This document shows, piece after piece, positions 49,161-59,726 of a stretch of 64,000 nucleotides of DNA. The notes beneath the pieces were generated by a model. That model was not told where the DNA came from. It saw only the letters and a list, made by a program, of their open reading frames with translations, and ran no database searches. The stretch lies in assembly GCA_964356295.1 (NCBI GenBank), contig CAYHHE010000001.1:23908-87907 (forward strand). The letters run 5' to 3'. Every line of letters begins with the position of its first letter. Position 1 is the first letter of the stretch. The DNA is from an uncultured Actinomycetes bacterium. GTDB lineage: Bacteria; Actinomycetota; Actinomycetes; Jiangellales; Jiangellaceae. The position numbers were made by a program, and so were the translations under genes.

Positions 49161-50860
49161 CCCTGACCCAGCCGGCGCCAACCACAGCGGCCGTACCGAC
49201 GGTGCCAGCTCGGGGGATGCTGCTGCGGCAGACCCGACACGAGCTGGTCGGCTTGGTCCGCACGCCGGTGCTGTTGTTCTTCGCGCTGCTCTTCCCGCTG
49301 GCGTTCTTCGTGATTCTCTCCTCGCTGCTGGGCAACGAGACCCTCGACTTTCGCAGCGGAGTGCGGTTGGCGCAGTTCTTGGCACCGGCATTCGCGTCGT
49401 TCGGCATCGCGATGGCCACCCTGTCGGTGATGGCCATCGGCTTCGCCGAGATCCGGTTCAACGGTGTGCTCAAGCGGTTGACCGGCAGCCCGCTACCCCG
49501 GTGGGTGCTGCTGGGCGGTCGGATGAGCGCCGGGACGCTGCTGGCCATCGGCGCCACCGTGCTGCTGCTCGCCGTCGGCGTTGTCCTCTACGACGTGCAG
49601 ATCCTCTGGGAGCGCATGCCGGGGTTCGCCGTGACCGTCCTTGTCGCAGCCGTCTCGTTCTGCGCCATCGGGTTGGCCATCGCCGCGCTCGCGCCGTCGT
49701 TCCAGGCCGCCATCGCGATCGCCAACGGAGTGGTGATCCCGCTGGCCTTCCTGTCCGACCTGTTCGTGATCGGCGAGCTGCCCGGCTGGCTGGATGCGGT
49801 GGGCTGGGCGTTCCCGCTCAAGCATCTGGTGAACGCGCTCGGCGACGGCCTGAACCCCTTCCTGGACACCTCTGGGTTCTACCTCGACCACCTGGCTGCG
49901 ATCGCCGCCTGGGGAGTGGCCGGTGCGGTGGTCGCCTCGTGGGCGATCCGGCGAGACGCCGTCCGAGCGGAGCGGGGGACTCGCGTCCGGCATCCGGCCG
50001 GTGCCGGTGGCACCTCGCGTGCTGCTGCACGCCAGGCAGGCCGGGACGCCGTGCCGCGTCGACACGGGCGACCGGCGGCCGCGGCGCTGATCCTGGACCA
50101 GGTGCGCCACGCCAACACGCTGCAGTGGAGGGACTGGAGCTCGCCGTTCTTCGGCATCGCCTTCCCGGTCCTGCTCGTCCTTCTCTTCCCCACGATTATC
50201 GGCGGAGCGGACCCCTCGATCCGTCTCGAGGTGGCACAGACGATCGCGGCGACCATGACCGTCTACGGCACCGCGGTCATCGCCTACGTCAACATGCCCC
50301 AGGGGCTGGCCGAGGCCAGGGAGGCGAACGTGCTCAAGCGGTGGGCAGGGTCACCGCTTCCGAGCTGGGCGCTGTTCACCGGCCACGCCGTGTCGTCGAC
50401 CCTGCTCGCCCTGCTGGTGATGGTGGCCTCGTACGCCCTGGCGGTGTCCGTCTACGGGATCGTCGTCCCCCCGTCCTGGCCCAGCGCCGTGGTGGTGCTG
50501 GTGGTCAGCGCGCTGAGTTTCGCGGCCCTCGGGATGGCCGTCGTCTCGGTGGTCCGCGGGACCCAGTCGGCCCTGGCCGTCTGCCTCGGCAGCCTGATCA
50601 CCCTGTCGTTCGTCAGCGACATCTTCCTCTTCGGGGTGGACTTCCCGCCCTGGCTGGATGCGTTGGCCTGGACGTTCCCGCTGCGTCACGCGGTGAACGC
50701 CTTCGGTGACGCGATGGCGGCCGACGCCTCGGGTGTCGTCCTCGGGCTGGACCACCTGGCGGTGATCGCCGCCTGGGGTGTCGCCGGGCTGCTGGTGGTG
50801 CTGACCCGCTTCAACGCCGAGCCCGTCCACTTCGGGCGTCGTGCTTCGCGGGGGGCGTGA
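49157..50860 (+). CDS. ABC-2 type transporter permease, internally duplicated (two fused permease halves)
   Basis: GTG 49157 overlaps the ATPase stop. 567 aa. Two homologous 6-TM halves are joined by an Arg/Ala-rich linker. Both halves end with PxWLDAxxWxFPLxHxVNAxGD...DHLAxIAAWGVAG. Confidence 0.8.
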   Translation: MTLTQPAPTTAAVPTVPARGMLLRQTRHELVGLVRTPVLLFFALLFPLAFFVILSSLLGNETLDFRSGVRLAQFLAPAFASFGIAMATLSVMAIGFAEIRFNGVLKRLTGSPLPRWVLLGGRMSAGTLLAIGATVLLLAVGVVLYDVQILWERMPGFAVTVLVAAVSFCAIGLAIAALAPSFQAAIAIANGVVIPLAFLSDLFVIGELPGWLDAVGWAFPLKHLVNALGDGLNPFLDTSGFYLDHLAAIAAWGVAGAVVASWAIRRDAVRAERGTRVRHPAGAGGTSRAAARQAGRDAVPRRHGRPAAAALILDQVRHANTLQWRDWSSPFFGIAFPVLLVLLFPTIIGGADPSIRLEVAQTIAATMTVYGTAVIAYVNMPQGLAEAREANVLKRWAGSPLPSWALFTGHAVSSTLLALLVMVASYALAVSVYGIVVPPSWPSAVVVLVVSALSFAALGMAVVSVVRGTQSALAVCLGSLITLSFVSDIFLFGVDFPPWLDALAWTFPLRHAVNAFGDAMAADASGVVLGLDHLAVIAAWGVAGLLVVLTRFNAEPVHFGRRASRGA

Positions 50861-50890
50861 CGCCTCGCCGCAGGTGCCGGGTCCCGCGCA

Positions 50891-50923
50891 GGTGCCGTCA
50901 CCGCGTCAGGCACCCACGTGGGT
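50891..50923. terminator. hairpin/palindrome cluster between convergent genes (possible bidirectional terminator)
   Basis: GGTGCC-N12-GGCACC (50891-50914) overlaps the 12-bp perfect palindrome ACCCACGTGGGT (50912-50923). No U-tract. Confidence 0.3.
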
Positions 50924-50934
50924 ACCTGGCGTGA

Positions 50935-51468
50935 TCAGTGGGGGCTCGTCGGGTCGCTGGGTGGGTGCTCGGCCAGGCGCTGCTCCTCGCGTTCGTAGGA
51001 CCTTCGGATCTCCGCCTCCGCTGCCGAGCGGCCCACCCAGATCGCCCCCTCCACCGACTTGCCCGGCTCGAGCTCCTTGTAGACCTCGAAGAAGTGCTGG
51101 ATCTCGAGCCGGTCGAAGTCCGGGACGTGGTGGATGTCGCGCACGTGCTCCACCCGCGGATCGTCCACCGGCACGCAGAGGACCTTGTCGTCCCCGCCCT
51201 TCTCGTCCTGCATCCGGAACATCCCGATGGCCCGGCAGCGGATGAGGCAGCCGGGGAACGTGGGCTCGTCCAGCAGCACCAGGGCGTCGAGCGGGTCCTC
51301 GTCCTCCCCGAGCGTCCCGTCGATGAAGCCGTAGTCGTGCGGGTAGCGGGTCGAGGTGAACAGCCGCCTGTCGAGCTTGATCCGGCCGGTGTGGTGATCG
51401 ACCTCGTACTTGTTCCGGCTGCCGGCGGGGATCTCGATGGTGACGTCGAACTCCATCGTCTCGGCCAT
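50935..51468 (-). CDS. ppa: inorganic pyrophosphatase
   Basis: ATG 51468 ([22 protein letters not shown]). DPLDALVL and [10 protein letters not shown] motifs. Confidence 0.9.
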   Translation of the reverse strand: MAETMEFDVTIEIPAGSRNKYEVDHHTGRIKLDRRLFTSTRYPHDYGFIDGTLGEDEDPLDALVLLDEPTFPGCLIRCRAIGMFRMQDEKGGDDKVLCVPVDDPRVEHVRDIHHVPDFDRLEIQHFFEVYKELEPGKSVEGAIWVGRSAAEAEIRRSYEREEQRLAEHPPSDPTSPH

Positions 51469-51603
51469 GGGGCCCCTCTCATGCGTGGCCGACCTCTTGG
51501 CCGGCATCCCAGTCGGCACAGTCTGGCGCACGCACGTACGGTTGGCGGCGTGACCTCAGAGGTGGCCCAGGACGGCCCTCGCACGGTGCCGGACGGCTCG
51601 GCG

Positions 51604-52653
51604 ATGGTCGACTGGCGCCTCGCGGTCGCCACCGCCCGACGCATCGCGGGCCCCGGTCCGCGGCTGAGCGAGCAGGAGACCGCGGGAACGGTCGCCGACC
51701 TGCGCCGCCTTGCCGATCGGGCGCAGGTGTACGTCGCCGACCACACCGGGCTGCAGGCTCCGCCGGAAACCGCCCCCGTCGTGGTCGTGGACCGAGCCGG
51801 CTGGGCGCAGGCCAACGCCGACGCCTTCCGGGTGCTGCTCGGCCCGGTGATGGACCGGCTGCGCAGCAAACGCGGGGCTCGTGGGGCCTTCGACATCATC
51901 GGGTCCCGGATCACCGGCGTGGAGCTCGGACTCATGCTGGGCTTCCTGGCCAGCAAGGTGCTCGGCCAGTACGACCCGTTCCTGCGCGACGCGGACGCCG
52001 TGGAGCAGGGTCGGCTGCTGCTGGTGGCACCCAACATCGTGGAGGTGGAGCGGCACCTCGGCGTGGTGCCGGAGGACTTCAGGCTCTGGGTGTGCCTGCA
52101 CGAGGAGACCCACCGCGTGCAGTTCGGTGCGGTGCCTTGGATGCGTGACCACATGCGCAGCGAGATCGAGCAGGTCATCGGCTCCACACCGATCGAGCTC
52201 GGTGACGTTCTCGGGCGGCTCGTGCAGGTCGCGAGGGGTGCGGTGGACGCTGCTCGGGCGAGTGACCACGCGCCGTCGCTGCTGGACATCGTTTCGACCC
52301 CGGAGCAGAAGGCGGTCGTGGACCGGCTCGCGGCGGTGATGTCGCTGCTGGAAGGCCACGCCGACGTGGTGATGGACGACGTGGGACCCGACGTGGTGCC
52401 GACCGTGGCGACCATCCGGACCCGGTTCCAGCAGCGGCGGGACAGCGCCATCGGGTTGAGCCGGGTGATGCGCCGATTGCTCGGGCTGGAGGCCAAGATG
52501 CGCCAGTACCGCGAGGGAGCCGCCTTCGTCCGCGGCGTGCAGAACCAGGTCGGCATGGACGGGTTCAACGCGGTGTGGACCAGCGCAGCGATGCTGCCGT
52601 CGCCCGAGGAGATCGCCGACCCGGGCTCCTGGGTCGCTCGCGTCCACGGCTGA
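51604..52653 (+). CDS. zinc-dependent metalloprotease, DUF2342 family
   Basis: MVDWRLAVATARRIAGPGP start (alternative GTG starts at 51550 and 51562). HEETHRVQF (HExxH). Conserved position upstream of tilS. Confidence 0.8.
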   Translation: MVDWRLAVATARRIAGPGPRLSEQETAGTVADLRRLADRAQVYVADHTGLQAPPETAPVVVVDRAGWAQANADAFRVLLGPVMDRLRSKRGARGAFDIIGSRITGVELGLMLGFLASKVLGQYDPFLRDADAVEQGRLLLVAPNIVEVERHLGVVPEDFRLWVCLHEETHRVQFGAVPWMRDHMRSEIEQVIGSTPIELGDVLGRLVQVARGAVDAARASDHAPSLLDIVSTPEQKAVVDRLAAVMSLLEGHADVVMDDVGPDVVPTVATIRTRFQQRRDSAIGLSRVMRRLLGLEAKMRQYREGAAFVRGVQNQVGMDGFNAVWTSAAMLPSPEEIADPGSWVARVHG

Positions 52654-52658
52654 GGCGA

Positions 52659-53690
52659 GTGGGGCCCGCTCCGTCCGTCGCGGCCTGCCGATCGGCGGTG
52701 CGTGACTGCCTGGCCGACATTGCTGGTGAGGCCGACCGACCCGTCGTCCTGGTAGCCGTCTCCGGGGGACCGGACTCCCTGGCGCTGCTTCATGCTGCGT
52801 GCTTCGTCGGCCCCCGGGCGGGGGTGCACGTCGGCGCCGTGACCGTGGACCACGGCCTGCAGGAGGGATCGCTCGGACGGGCCCGTGACGTTGCAGCGGC
52901 GGCATCGCGGCTGGGCGCGACGCCGGTCAGCATCTGGCACGTTCAGGTTGGCACCCAGGGTGGACCGGAGGCAGCGGCCCGTGCAGCCCGGCGCGCCGCC
53001 CTGGAGGCAGCGGCCAGGGCCGCCGGTGCCCGGGCGGTGCTGCTGGCCCACACACGTGACGACCAGGCCGAGACCGTGCTGCTGGGGCTCGCGCGTGGGT
53101 CCGGCGCCCGCTCGCTGTCCGGGATGGCACCCCGGGCAGGCCTGATGCGACGCCCGTTGCTCCACCTGCCCCGTCGCATCGTCGTCGAGGCCGCTCGGGC
53201 CGAGGCGGCGTCGGTCTGGGACGACCCGCACAACGTCGACCCGAGGTACGCGCGGGCCCGGGTCCGCGCCCGCGTGCTGCCGGTGCTGGAGCTAGAGCTG
53301 GGGCCGGGGGTCGCGGCTGCTCTGGCGCGCACGGCCGACCTGCTGCGGGCCGACGCGGACGCCCTCGACGACTGGGCGGCGCGGGAGGCTGCGACGCACA
53401 TCGGCCCGGACGGGGCGCTCGACGTCGTGGGTCTGGATGCGCTGCCGGAGGCGGTACGCACCCGGGTGCTGCGTACCGCGGCGCTCGCCGCCGGCGCGCC
53501 GGCCTCCGACCTCACCGCTGGGCACGTCACGGCACTCGACCGGCTCGTCCGGGACGCCCCCTCCGGCGCGACGATCGACCTGCCGGGGGCGGTTCGCGCG
53601 GTCCGCCACGGATCTGCGCTGTACCTGACTCCCCGCGCCTCCCGGGCTGCGGGCGCAGCCCCCCAAGTCGATCCCGGGGGCACGTCCTGA
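52659..53690 (+). CDS. tilS: tRNA(Ile)-lysidine synthase
   Basis: PP-loop VAVSGGPDS. HTRDDQAETVLL. Confidence 0.85.
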   Translation: MGPAPSVAACRSAVRDCLADIAGEADRPVVLVAVSGGPDSLALLHAACFVGPRAGVHVGAVTVDHGLQEGSLGRARDVAAAASRLGATPVSIWHVQVGTQGGPEAAARAARRAALEAAARAAGARAVLLAHTRDDQAETVLLGLARGSGARSLSGMAPRAGLMRRPLLHLPRRIVVEAARAEAASVWDDPHNVDPRYARARVRARVLPVLELELGPGVAAALARTADLLRADADALDDWAAREAATHIGPDGALDVVGLDALPEAVRTRVLRTAALAAGAPASDLTAGHVTALDRLVRDAPSGATIDLPGAVRAVRHGSALYLTPRASRAAGAAPQVDPGGTS

Positions 53691-53854
53691 CTCCCGCGCA
53701 CCATCCGTCGGGTGCGCGTGAGCACCACATAGTGGTCGTACGGGCGTCCGCGGAGGTCGCATACCCGCAGGTCGCGGTGATCATGGGAGGCACTTTGTGT
53801 GTGCACAGCGACAGCGACAGCACCCGGAACATCCGGGCGTGGCAGGCTGGCAGC

Positions 53855-54406
53855 GTGGACGCCGCCGACGTCGAGACCGACCTGAGCGAGGTGCTGCTGA
53901 GCGAGGAGCAGATCCAGCAGCGCGTCCTCGAGCTCGCCGGTGACATCGAGCGGGACTACGCCGGACGCGAGGTGCTGCTCGTCGGCGTGCTCAAAGGCGC
54001 GGCGATGGTGATGGCCGACCTGGCCCGGGCTTTCCACGGCCACGTCGGCATGGACTGGATGGCCGTGTCCTCCTACGGCTCGGGAACCAAGTCCAGCGGG
54101 GTGGTGCGGATCCTGAAGGACCTCGACACCGACATCACCGGCCGCGACGTCCTGGTCGTCGAGGACATCGTCGACACCGGCCTCACCCTGTCCTGGCTGA
54201 TGAGCAACCTGCGCTCGCGCCAACCCGCCTCACTGGAGATCGTGACGATGCTGCGCAAGCCTGACAGCATCCGCAGCCCGCTCGAGATCCGCTACGTCGG
54301 CTTCGACATCCCCAGCGACTTCGTCGTCGGGTACGGCCTGGACTTCGCCGAGCGTTACCGCAACCTGCGCTGCGTGGGCACGCTGCGGCCGCAGGTCTAC
54401 CGGTGA
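53855..54406 (+). CDS. hpt: hypoxanthine phosphoribosyltransferase
   Basis: PRPP motif VLVVEDIVDTGLT. VLLSEEQI start region. GTG 53855 chosen; ATG 53783 or track start 53732 are also possible. Confidence 0.85.
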   Translation: MDAADVETDLSEVLLSEEQIQQRVLELAGDIERDYAGREVLLVGVLKGAAMVMADLARAFHGHVGMDWMAVSSYGSGTKSSGVVRILKDLDTDITGRDVLVVEDIVDTGLTLSWLMSNLRSRQPASLEIVTMLRKPDSIRSPLEIRYVGFDIPSDFVVGYGLDFAERYRNLRCVGTLRPQVYR

Positions 54407-54547
54407 GCTTCCCCCCGGGCGGAACTGTGCAGGCCCTCGAGTCGTTGGACAGGTAGATTGTCGTCACGGCGGACGACACGGCCCGCCGTGCACCGCCACA
54501 CCCGACCGAGCACGGAAGGACCGGGGGGCCCTACCGGCCCATCATCG

Positions 54548-56530
54548 ATGACTCTCAAGCGACTGACGCGTGGCCCGTTCCTGTGGCTGGCGCTGGCCCT
54601 GATCGGCTTCCTGATCGCCAGCCAGGTCATCGGCGGCGGGAGTGGCTTCGAGCGGGTCGACACTTCCACCGCACTGACGGCGATCACCGATGGCGAGGTG
54701 AAGTCCGCCAAGATCATCACCGGTGATCAGCAGGAGCTGCAGCTCACCCTCAAGGACGGGGACCGGATCCGGTCCTCCTACGTCGTCGGCCAGCAGGTCG
54801 ACATCGGGGAGGATCTGCAGCGGCAGGTCGACGACGGCACCCTGCCCGAGGGGTACGACGTCGAGGTGCCCAGACCAAGCGTCCTGATCACCATCCTCGG
54901 TGCGCTGCTGCCGTTCCTCCTCCTCGGTCTCATCCTGCTGTTCTTCATCAACCAGGTGCAAGGCGGCGGCAGAGGGGTGATGAGCTTCGGCAAGTCCAAG
55001 GCGAAGATGATCACCAAGGACATGCCGCAGACGACCTTCGCCGACGTGGCCGGGTGCGACGAGGCGATCGAGGAGCTGGAGGAGATCAAGGAGTTCCTGT
55101 CGGACTCGGCGAAGTTCGTCGCGCTCGGTGCCAAGATCCCCAAGGGCGTGCTGCTCTACGGGCCACCTGGTACGGGCAAGACGTTGCTCGCCAGGGCCGT
55201 CGCCGGCGAGGCGGCCGTGCCCTTCTTCTCCATCTCAGGCTCGGACTTCGTGGAGATGTTCGTCGGCGTAGGAGCCTCGCGGGTGCGTGACCTGTTCGAG
55301 CAGGCCAAAGCCAACGCGCCGGCGATCATCTTCGTCGACGAGATCGACGCCGTCGGCCGCCACCGCGGTGCCGGGCTCGGTGGCGGGCACGACGAGCGCG
55401 AGCAGACGTTGAACCAGATGCTGGTCGAGATGGACGGATTCGACGTCAAGACCAACGTCATTCTCATCGCCGCGACCAACCGCCCCGACATCCTCGACCC
55501 GGCACTGCTGCGGCCCGGACGGTTCGACCGGCAGATCCCGGTGGAGGCACCCGACCTCGAAGGCCGCCGGAAGATCCTCGAGGTGCACGCCAAGGGCAAG
55601 CCGCTGGACCCCGTCGTGGACCTGGCCGCCATGGCCCGTCGCACGCCCGGCTTCACCGGAGCGGACCTGGCCAACGTCCTGAACGAGGCCGCGCTGCTGG
55701 CTGCCCGACGGGGGCAGAGCATCATCGACCCCTCCGCGATGGACGAGGCGATCGACCGCGTGGTCGCCGGACCACAGAAGCGCTCGCGCCTGATGAACGA
55801 CGAGGAGAAGAAGATCACCGCCTACCACGAGGGCGGTCACGCCCTCGTGGCCGCCGTCCTGCCGCACACCGCCCCGGTCCATAAGGTCACCATCCTGCCT
55901 CGTGGGCGTGCCCTGGGGTACACGATGGTGCTGCCCGAGGAGGACAAGTACTCCACGACGCGCAACGAGATGCTCGACCAGCTGGCCTACATGCTGGGCG
56001 GGCGGGCCGCGGAGGAACTGGTGTTCCACGACCCGACGACGGGGGCGGCCAACGACATCGAGAAGGCGACGTCGCTGGCCCGGCGCATGGTCACCCAGTA
56101 CGGCATGACCGAGAGGCTGGGTGCGATCAAGTTCGGCTCAGATCGCGGCGAACCGTTCCTGGGCCGCGAGATCGGCCATGAGCGTGACTACTCTGAGCAG
56201 GTCGCCGCGATGGTGGACGAGGAGGTGCGGTCGCTGATCGAGACCGCCCATCAGGAGGCCTACGACATCCTGGTGGAGAACCGGCCGGTGCTCGACTCCC
56301 TGGTGACCGCGTTGCTCGAGCACGAGACCCTGGACCGCGCCCAGGTCGAACAGGTGTTCACGCCGGCGCACCGGCGTGCCCCACGACCGGCCTGGACCGG
56401 CTCACCGACCCGGATGCCCTCGGATCAGCCTCCGGTTCCCAGCCCCAAGCAGGTCGCCTCCGCCGGGGTCAACGGGCACAACCCGGTCCCCGAGCCGGTT
56501 GTCTCGCGAAGCGACAACCAGCCCGCATGA
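54548..56530 (+). CDS. ftsH: ATP-dependent zinc metalloprotease FtsH
   Basis: ATG 54548 (track start 54458). Two N-terminal TM segments, AAA Walker [12 protein letters not shown] region, HEGGH. Confidence 0.95.
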   Translation: MTLKRLTRGPFLWLALALIGFLIASQVIGGGSGFERVDTSTALTAITDGEVKSAKIITGDQQELQLTLKDGDRIRSSYVVGQQVDIGEDLQRQVDDGTLPEGYDVEVPRPSVLITILGALLPFLLLGLILLFFINQVQGGGRGVMSFGKSKAKMITKDMPQTTFADVAGCDEAIEELEEIKEFLSDSAKFVALGAKIPKGVLLYGPPGTGKTLLARAVAGEAAVPFFSISGSDFVEMFVGVGASRVRDLFEQAKANAPAIIFVDEIDAVGRHRGAGLGGGHDEREQTLNQMLVEMDGFDVKTNVILIAATNRPDILDPALLRPGRFDRQIPVEAPDLEGRRKILEVHAKGKPLDPVVDLAAMARRTPGFTGADLANVLNEAALLAARRGQSIIDPSAMDEAIDRVVAGPQKRSRLMNDEEKKITAYHEGGHALVAAVLPHTAPVHKVTILPRGRALGYTMVLPEEDKYSTTRNEMLDQLAYMLGGRAAEELVFHDPTTGAANDIEKATSLARRMVTQYGMTERLGAIKFGSDRGEPFLGREIGHERDYSEQVAAMVDEEVRSLIETAHQEAYDILVENRPVLDSLVTALLEHETLDRAQVEQVFTPAHRRAPRPAWTGSPTRMPSDQPPVPSPKQVASAGVNGHNPVPEPVVSRSDNQPA

Positions 56531-57099
56531 GTCAGTCGTTCGACCTGCCCCGGGTCGAGGCGGCCATACGTGAGCTGCTGGCTGGCATCGGGGAGGACCC
56601 CACCCGGGACGGGCTGCGCGCCACCCCCGCCCGGGTGGCGCGGGCCTACCAGGAGACGTTCGCCGGACTCGGCCAGGCAGCCGAGGACGTCCTGACCACG
56701 ACGTTCGAGCTCGGCCACGACGAGATGGTGCTGGTGCGGAGCATCGAGACCTACTCGATGTGCGAGCACCATCTGCTGCCCTTCCACGGCGAGGCTCACG
56801 TCGGGTACATCCCCGCCGAGGACGGCCGCATCGCCGGGATCTCCAAGCTGGCTCGGCTGGTGGAGGTGTTCGCCCGACGGCCCCAGGTGCAGGAACGTCT
56901 GACATCACAGGTCGCTGATGCGATGGTCGAGATCCTCCGGCCGCAAGGGGTGATCGTCGTGCTGGACTGCGAACACCTGTGCATGTCGATGCGGGGGGTA
57001 CGCAAGCCCGGATCGCGCACCGTGACCAGTGCGGTGCGCGGTCAGCTCCTCGAGCCGAGCTCCCGCGCCGAGGCGATGTCGCTGATCCTCGGCCGGTGA
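56527..57099 (+). CDS. folE: GTP cyclohydrolase I
   Basis: The ATG overlaps the ftsH stop (ATGA). CEHHLLPF motif. Confidence 0.95.
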   Translation: MSQSFDLPRVEAAIRELLAGIGEDPTRDGLRATPARVARAYQETFAGLGQAAEDVLTTTFELGHDEMVLVRSIETYSMCEHHLLPFHGEAHVGYIPAEDGRIAGISKLARLVEVFARRPQVQERLTSQVADAMVEILRPQGVIVVLDCEHLCMSMRGVRKPGSRTVTSAVRGQLLEPSSRAEAMSLILGR

Positions 57100-57932
57100 G
57101 CGCCGTTGCCGGCCTGCCAAGCGCCGACCGCTGCCTGGTGATGGGCGTCGTCAACGTCACGCCCGACTCCTTCTCCGACGGCGGACGGTGGGTCGAGACC
57201 GCCGACGCGGCTGCTCATGGTGCCCTGCTGGTCGAGCAGGGCGCGGACCTGATCGATGTCGGTGGCGAGTCGACGCGCCCGGGTGCGCAGCGACCGAGTG
57301 CCGCCGAGGAGCGGGACCGGGTGGTCCCCGTCGTGGACGCGCTGGCGCAGCGCGGTTGCGCGGTCACCGTGGACAGCATGCGCGCCGACGTGGCAGCCGC
57401 TGCGCTGGACGCAGGTGCCCGGGCGGTCAATGACGTCTCGGGGGGCCTGGCCGACCCGTCGATGCTGCCGACGGTCGCCGAGCGCGGCGTGCCGGTGGTG
57501 CTCATGCACTGGCGCGGGCAGTCGGTGGACATGCAGCGCCGGGCCCGTTACGGCGACGTGGTCGCCGAGGTGCGCGACCACCTCATGACCCGGGTCGATG
57601 CCGCCCTGGCTGCCGGCGTGGCCGGGGACCGCATCGTCATCGATCCCGGGCTGGGCTTCGGCAAGACCCCTGAGCACAACTGGGCGCTGCTGAACCGGCT
57701 CGACGTCATGGTGGACCTGGGTCTACCCGTGCTCGTGGGCGCCTCGCGCAAGAGCTTCCTCGGAGACCTGCTCGTCGAGTCCGGCGCCCCGCGAGCGGTC
57801 CAGGACAGGGAGGACGCCACCACAGCGGTGTCCACGCTCGCCGCGGCGGCAGGCGCCTGGGCGGTGCGCGTCCACCAGCCGCGTCCCTCGGCGGACGCGG
57901 TGCGCGTGGCCGCTCGTTGGGCCCGCGGCTGA
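57096..57932 (+). CDS. folP: dihydropteroate synthase
   Basis: GTG 57096 overlaps the folE stop. [26 protein letters not shown]. Confidence 0.9.
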   Translation: MSAVAGLPSADRCLVMGVVNVTPDSFSDGGRWVETADAAAHGALLVEQGADLIDVGGESTRPGAQRPSAAEERDRVVPVVDALAQRGCAVTVDSMRADVAAAALDAGARAVNDVSGGLADPSMLPTVAERGVPVVLMHWRGQSVDMQRRARYGDVVAEVRDHLMTRVDAALAAGVAGDRIVIDPGLGFGKTPEHNWALLNRLDVMVDLGLPVLVGASRKSFLGDLLVESGAPRAVQDREDATTAVSTLAAAAGAWAVRVHQPRPSADAVRVAARWARG

Positions 57933-57960
57933 GGTCGGGGCGGCGGCTAACCTCGGCCGG

Positions 57961-58326
57961 GTGAGTAGCGACAGGGTCGTGCTGCGCGGGCTGCGGGGGT
58001 ACGGCCGCCACGGGGTGCTGGAGTCTGAGCGAGTGCTCGGCCAGACCTTCGTTGTCGACGTCGCCATCGAGCTCGACACCACGCAGGCTGCGCAGTCCGA
58101 CGACGTCGAGCACACCGTCGACTACGGTGTGGTGGCACGTTCGGTCCTGGACGTCGTCGAGGGTGAGCCCGTCGCCCTGCTGGAGCGGCTGGCGCAACGC
58201 ATCTGCGACGCCGTCCTCGCCCACCCGCGGGCGGACGCTGTAGACGTGACCGTGCACAAGCCGTCGGCACCCGTCCCGGTGCCGTTCGATGACATCTCCT
58301 TGACCATCCGGAGGACCCGCGCGTGA
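57961..58326 (+). CDS. folB: dihydroneopterin aldolase
   Basis: 121 aa. DRVVLRGLRGYGRHGVLESER..GQ.F.VD pattern. Confidence 0.9.
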   Translation: MSSDRVVLRGLRGYGRHGVLESERVLGQTFVVDVAIELDTTQAAQSDDVEHTVDYGVVARSVLDVVEGEPVALLERLAQRICDAVLAHPRADAVDVTVHKPSAPVPVPFDDISLTIRRTRA

Positions 58327-58889
58327 CTCCTGTCCCCAACCCCTTCGTGATCGACGCCGACACCCTCACCGGCGAGCTCCGGCCGGTCCGCCGGGTGGCC
58401 CTAGGCCTGGGCAGCAACCTGGGTGACCGCCTGGAGTACCTGCAGGCGGCGGTGGACACCCTCACCGAGACCCCGGACATCGTCCCGGTCGCGGTCTCGC
58501 CGGTCTACGAGACCGAGCCGGTCGGTGGCCCGCAGGGTCAGCCGGCGTTCCTCAACGCGGTGCTGCTGCTGGACACCATGCTGTCTGCCCGGAGGCTGGT
58601 CGAACGCGCCTTCGCCGTCGAGGACGCCTACGGGCGCTCCCGAGAGCAGGTGTGGGGTCCGCGCACGCTCGACGTGGACGTCCTCGCCGTCGGTTCGGAG
58701 ACCATCGACGAACCCGGGCTGACCGTCCCGCACCCGCTCATCGCCGAGCGCGGGTTCGTGCTGCAGCCGTGGGCCGACGTCGACCCGGACTTCGAGATCC
58801 CGGGCCTGGGCCGGGTGAAGGACCTCGCCGACCGGGTCGGTCACGTCGGCATCGTCAAGACCGACCTGTACCTGCTGCTGCCTGGCTGA
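58323..58889 (+). CDS. folK: 2-amino-4-hydroxy-6-hydroxymethyldihydropteridine diphosphokinase
   Basis: The GTG overlaps the folB stop. LGSNLGDR, WGPRTLDVD, PHPLIAERGFVLQPW. Confidence 0.9.
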   Translation: MTPVPNPFVIDADTLTGELRPVRRVALGLGSNLGDRLEYLQAAVDTLTETPDIVPVAVSPVYETEPVGGPQGQPAFLNAVLLLDTMLSARRLVERAFAVEDAYGRSREQVWGPRTLDVDVLAVGSETIDEPGLTVPHPLIAERGFVLQPWADVDPDFEIPGLGRVKDLADRVGHVGIVKTDLYLLLPG

Positions 58890-58907
58890 TCGTTCGACAG
58901 GCCAAGC

Positions 58908-59375
58908 GTGACTCCGACCCGTCCCAGCACCCTGCTGATCGCGGGGGTCGGCGGCGTGGTCGCGGGGTACGCGGTCACCAGCCTCCTGGACAGCCTGGGG
59001 TACGGGCTGCCACGGGTGTCCTGGGTGGGCATCGGCCTGCTGCTGTTCCTGGCCGTGCTCCTGCTCGTGGCCAGCCGCCGGGTGCGCGGCTGGGTGAGCG
59101 GGGACCGGCCGCAGGCCCCAGGCGACGCCCTCACCATGGGCCGGCTGGTGGCACTGGCCATGGCCAGCTCGGTGTTCGGTGCGGCGATGACCGGTGTCTA
59201 CCTGGGTGTGGCGGCGGTCGGGCTGGACCGGCTGAGCACCGAGTACGGGCGCGCGCACGTGCTGTGGGCGGTCGGCGGCGCGGTCGCCGCCGCCGCAGTC
59301 CTGGCGGCAGCCCTCGTCCTCGAACGGTCCTGCCGGCTGCCGGGGGATGGTGAGCGGGGGGCCGAGCCCGGCTGA
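58908..59375 (+). CDS. DUF3180 domain-containing membrane protein
   Basis: 155 aa, 4 hydrophobic segments. Conserved position after folK in Actinomycetota. Confidence 0.7.
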   Translation: MTPTRPSTLLIAGVGGVVAGYAVTSLLDSLGYGLPRVSWVGIGLLLFLAVLLLVASRRVRGWVSGDRPQAPGDALTMGRLVALAMASSVFGAAMTGVYLGVAAVGLDRLSTEYGRAHVLWAVGGAVAAAAVLAAALVLERSCRLPGDGERGAEPG

Positions 59376-59400
59376 TGTCGCCCCCGCTGTGGAAGGCCGC

Positions 59401-59600
59401 ATGGGCGCAGAGCCGCCGGTCGTGACGCTGAACGCCCATGCGATCGGCTTCCGGGACGCCCTGGTCATCGGCCTCGACGCGAGGCTCGCCGACGAGGTCG
59501 ACGCCCGGGCGTCGCCACGACGGGATCGACCACCTACCGGCTGCTGCATGCTGCAGGCCGCCCGGTGCTCGTCGTGCCCATTGACCTCACGGTTTCGTGA
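59401..59600 (+). pseudogene. 3' remnant of a universal stress protein (UspA-family) gene, frameshifted
   Basis: The frame ending at TGA 59598-59600 reads ...GVATTGSTTYRLLHAAGRPVLVVPIDLTVS (USP C-terminal signature). The preceding DALVIG-like strand is in another frame (track ORF 59347..59616). There is no room for the N-terminal ~100 aa of a USP domain. Confidence 0.4.
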
Positions 59601-59726
59601 TCTCGGGTGGGGCTGAGCAGGTGGCGGGGTCCTGGCCAGGAGCCTCGATCCCGGGGCGTGACCCCGGTGCCGCACTGCGTGTCCGGTTCATGGTCGGATC
59701 GATAGCGCGGTCGGTGTGGCCTCGGT

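Noticed and set aside
58908-59600. Stop-codon read-through or selenocysteine recoding of the DUF3180 TGA (59373-59375) into the in-frame USP-like tail
   Set aside because: The USP-like C-terminus is in the same frame as DUF3180. However, the ~40 intervening codons are Arg-rich nonsense (CRPRCGRPHGRRAAGRD…), I noticed no SECIS-like element, and a DUF3180-USP fusion makes no domain sense. A decayed USP remnant explains it better.
59347-59616. 89-aa plus-strand ORF as a genuine gene
   Set aside because: It overlaps the DUF3180 3' end and ends in Cys/Ser-rich junk (GCCMLQAARCSSCPLTS). Only a short stretch (FRDALVIG) looks protein-like, and that fits the frameshifted USP remnant.
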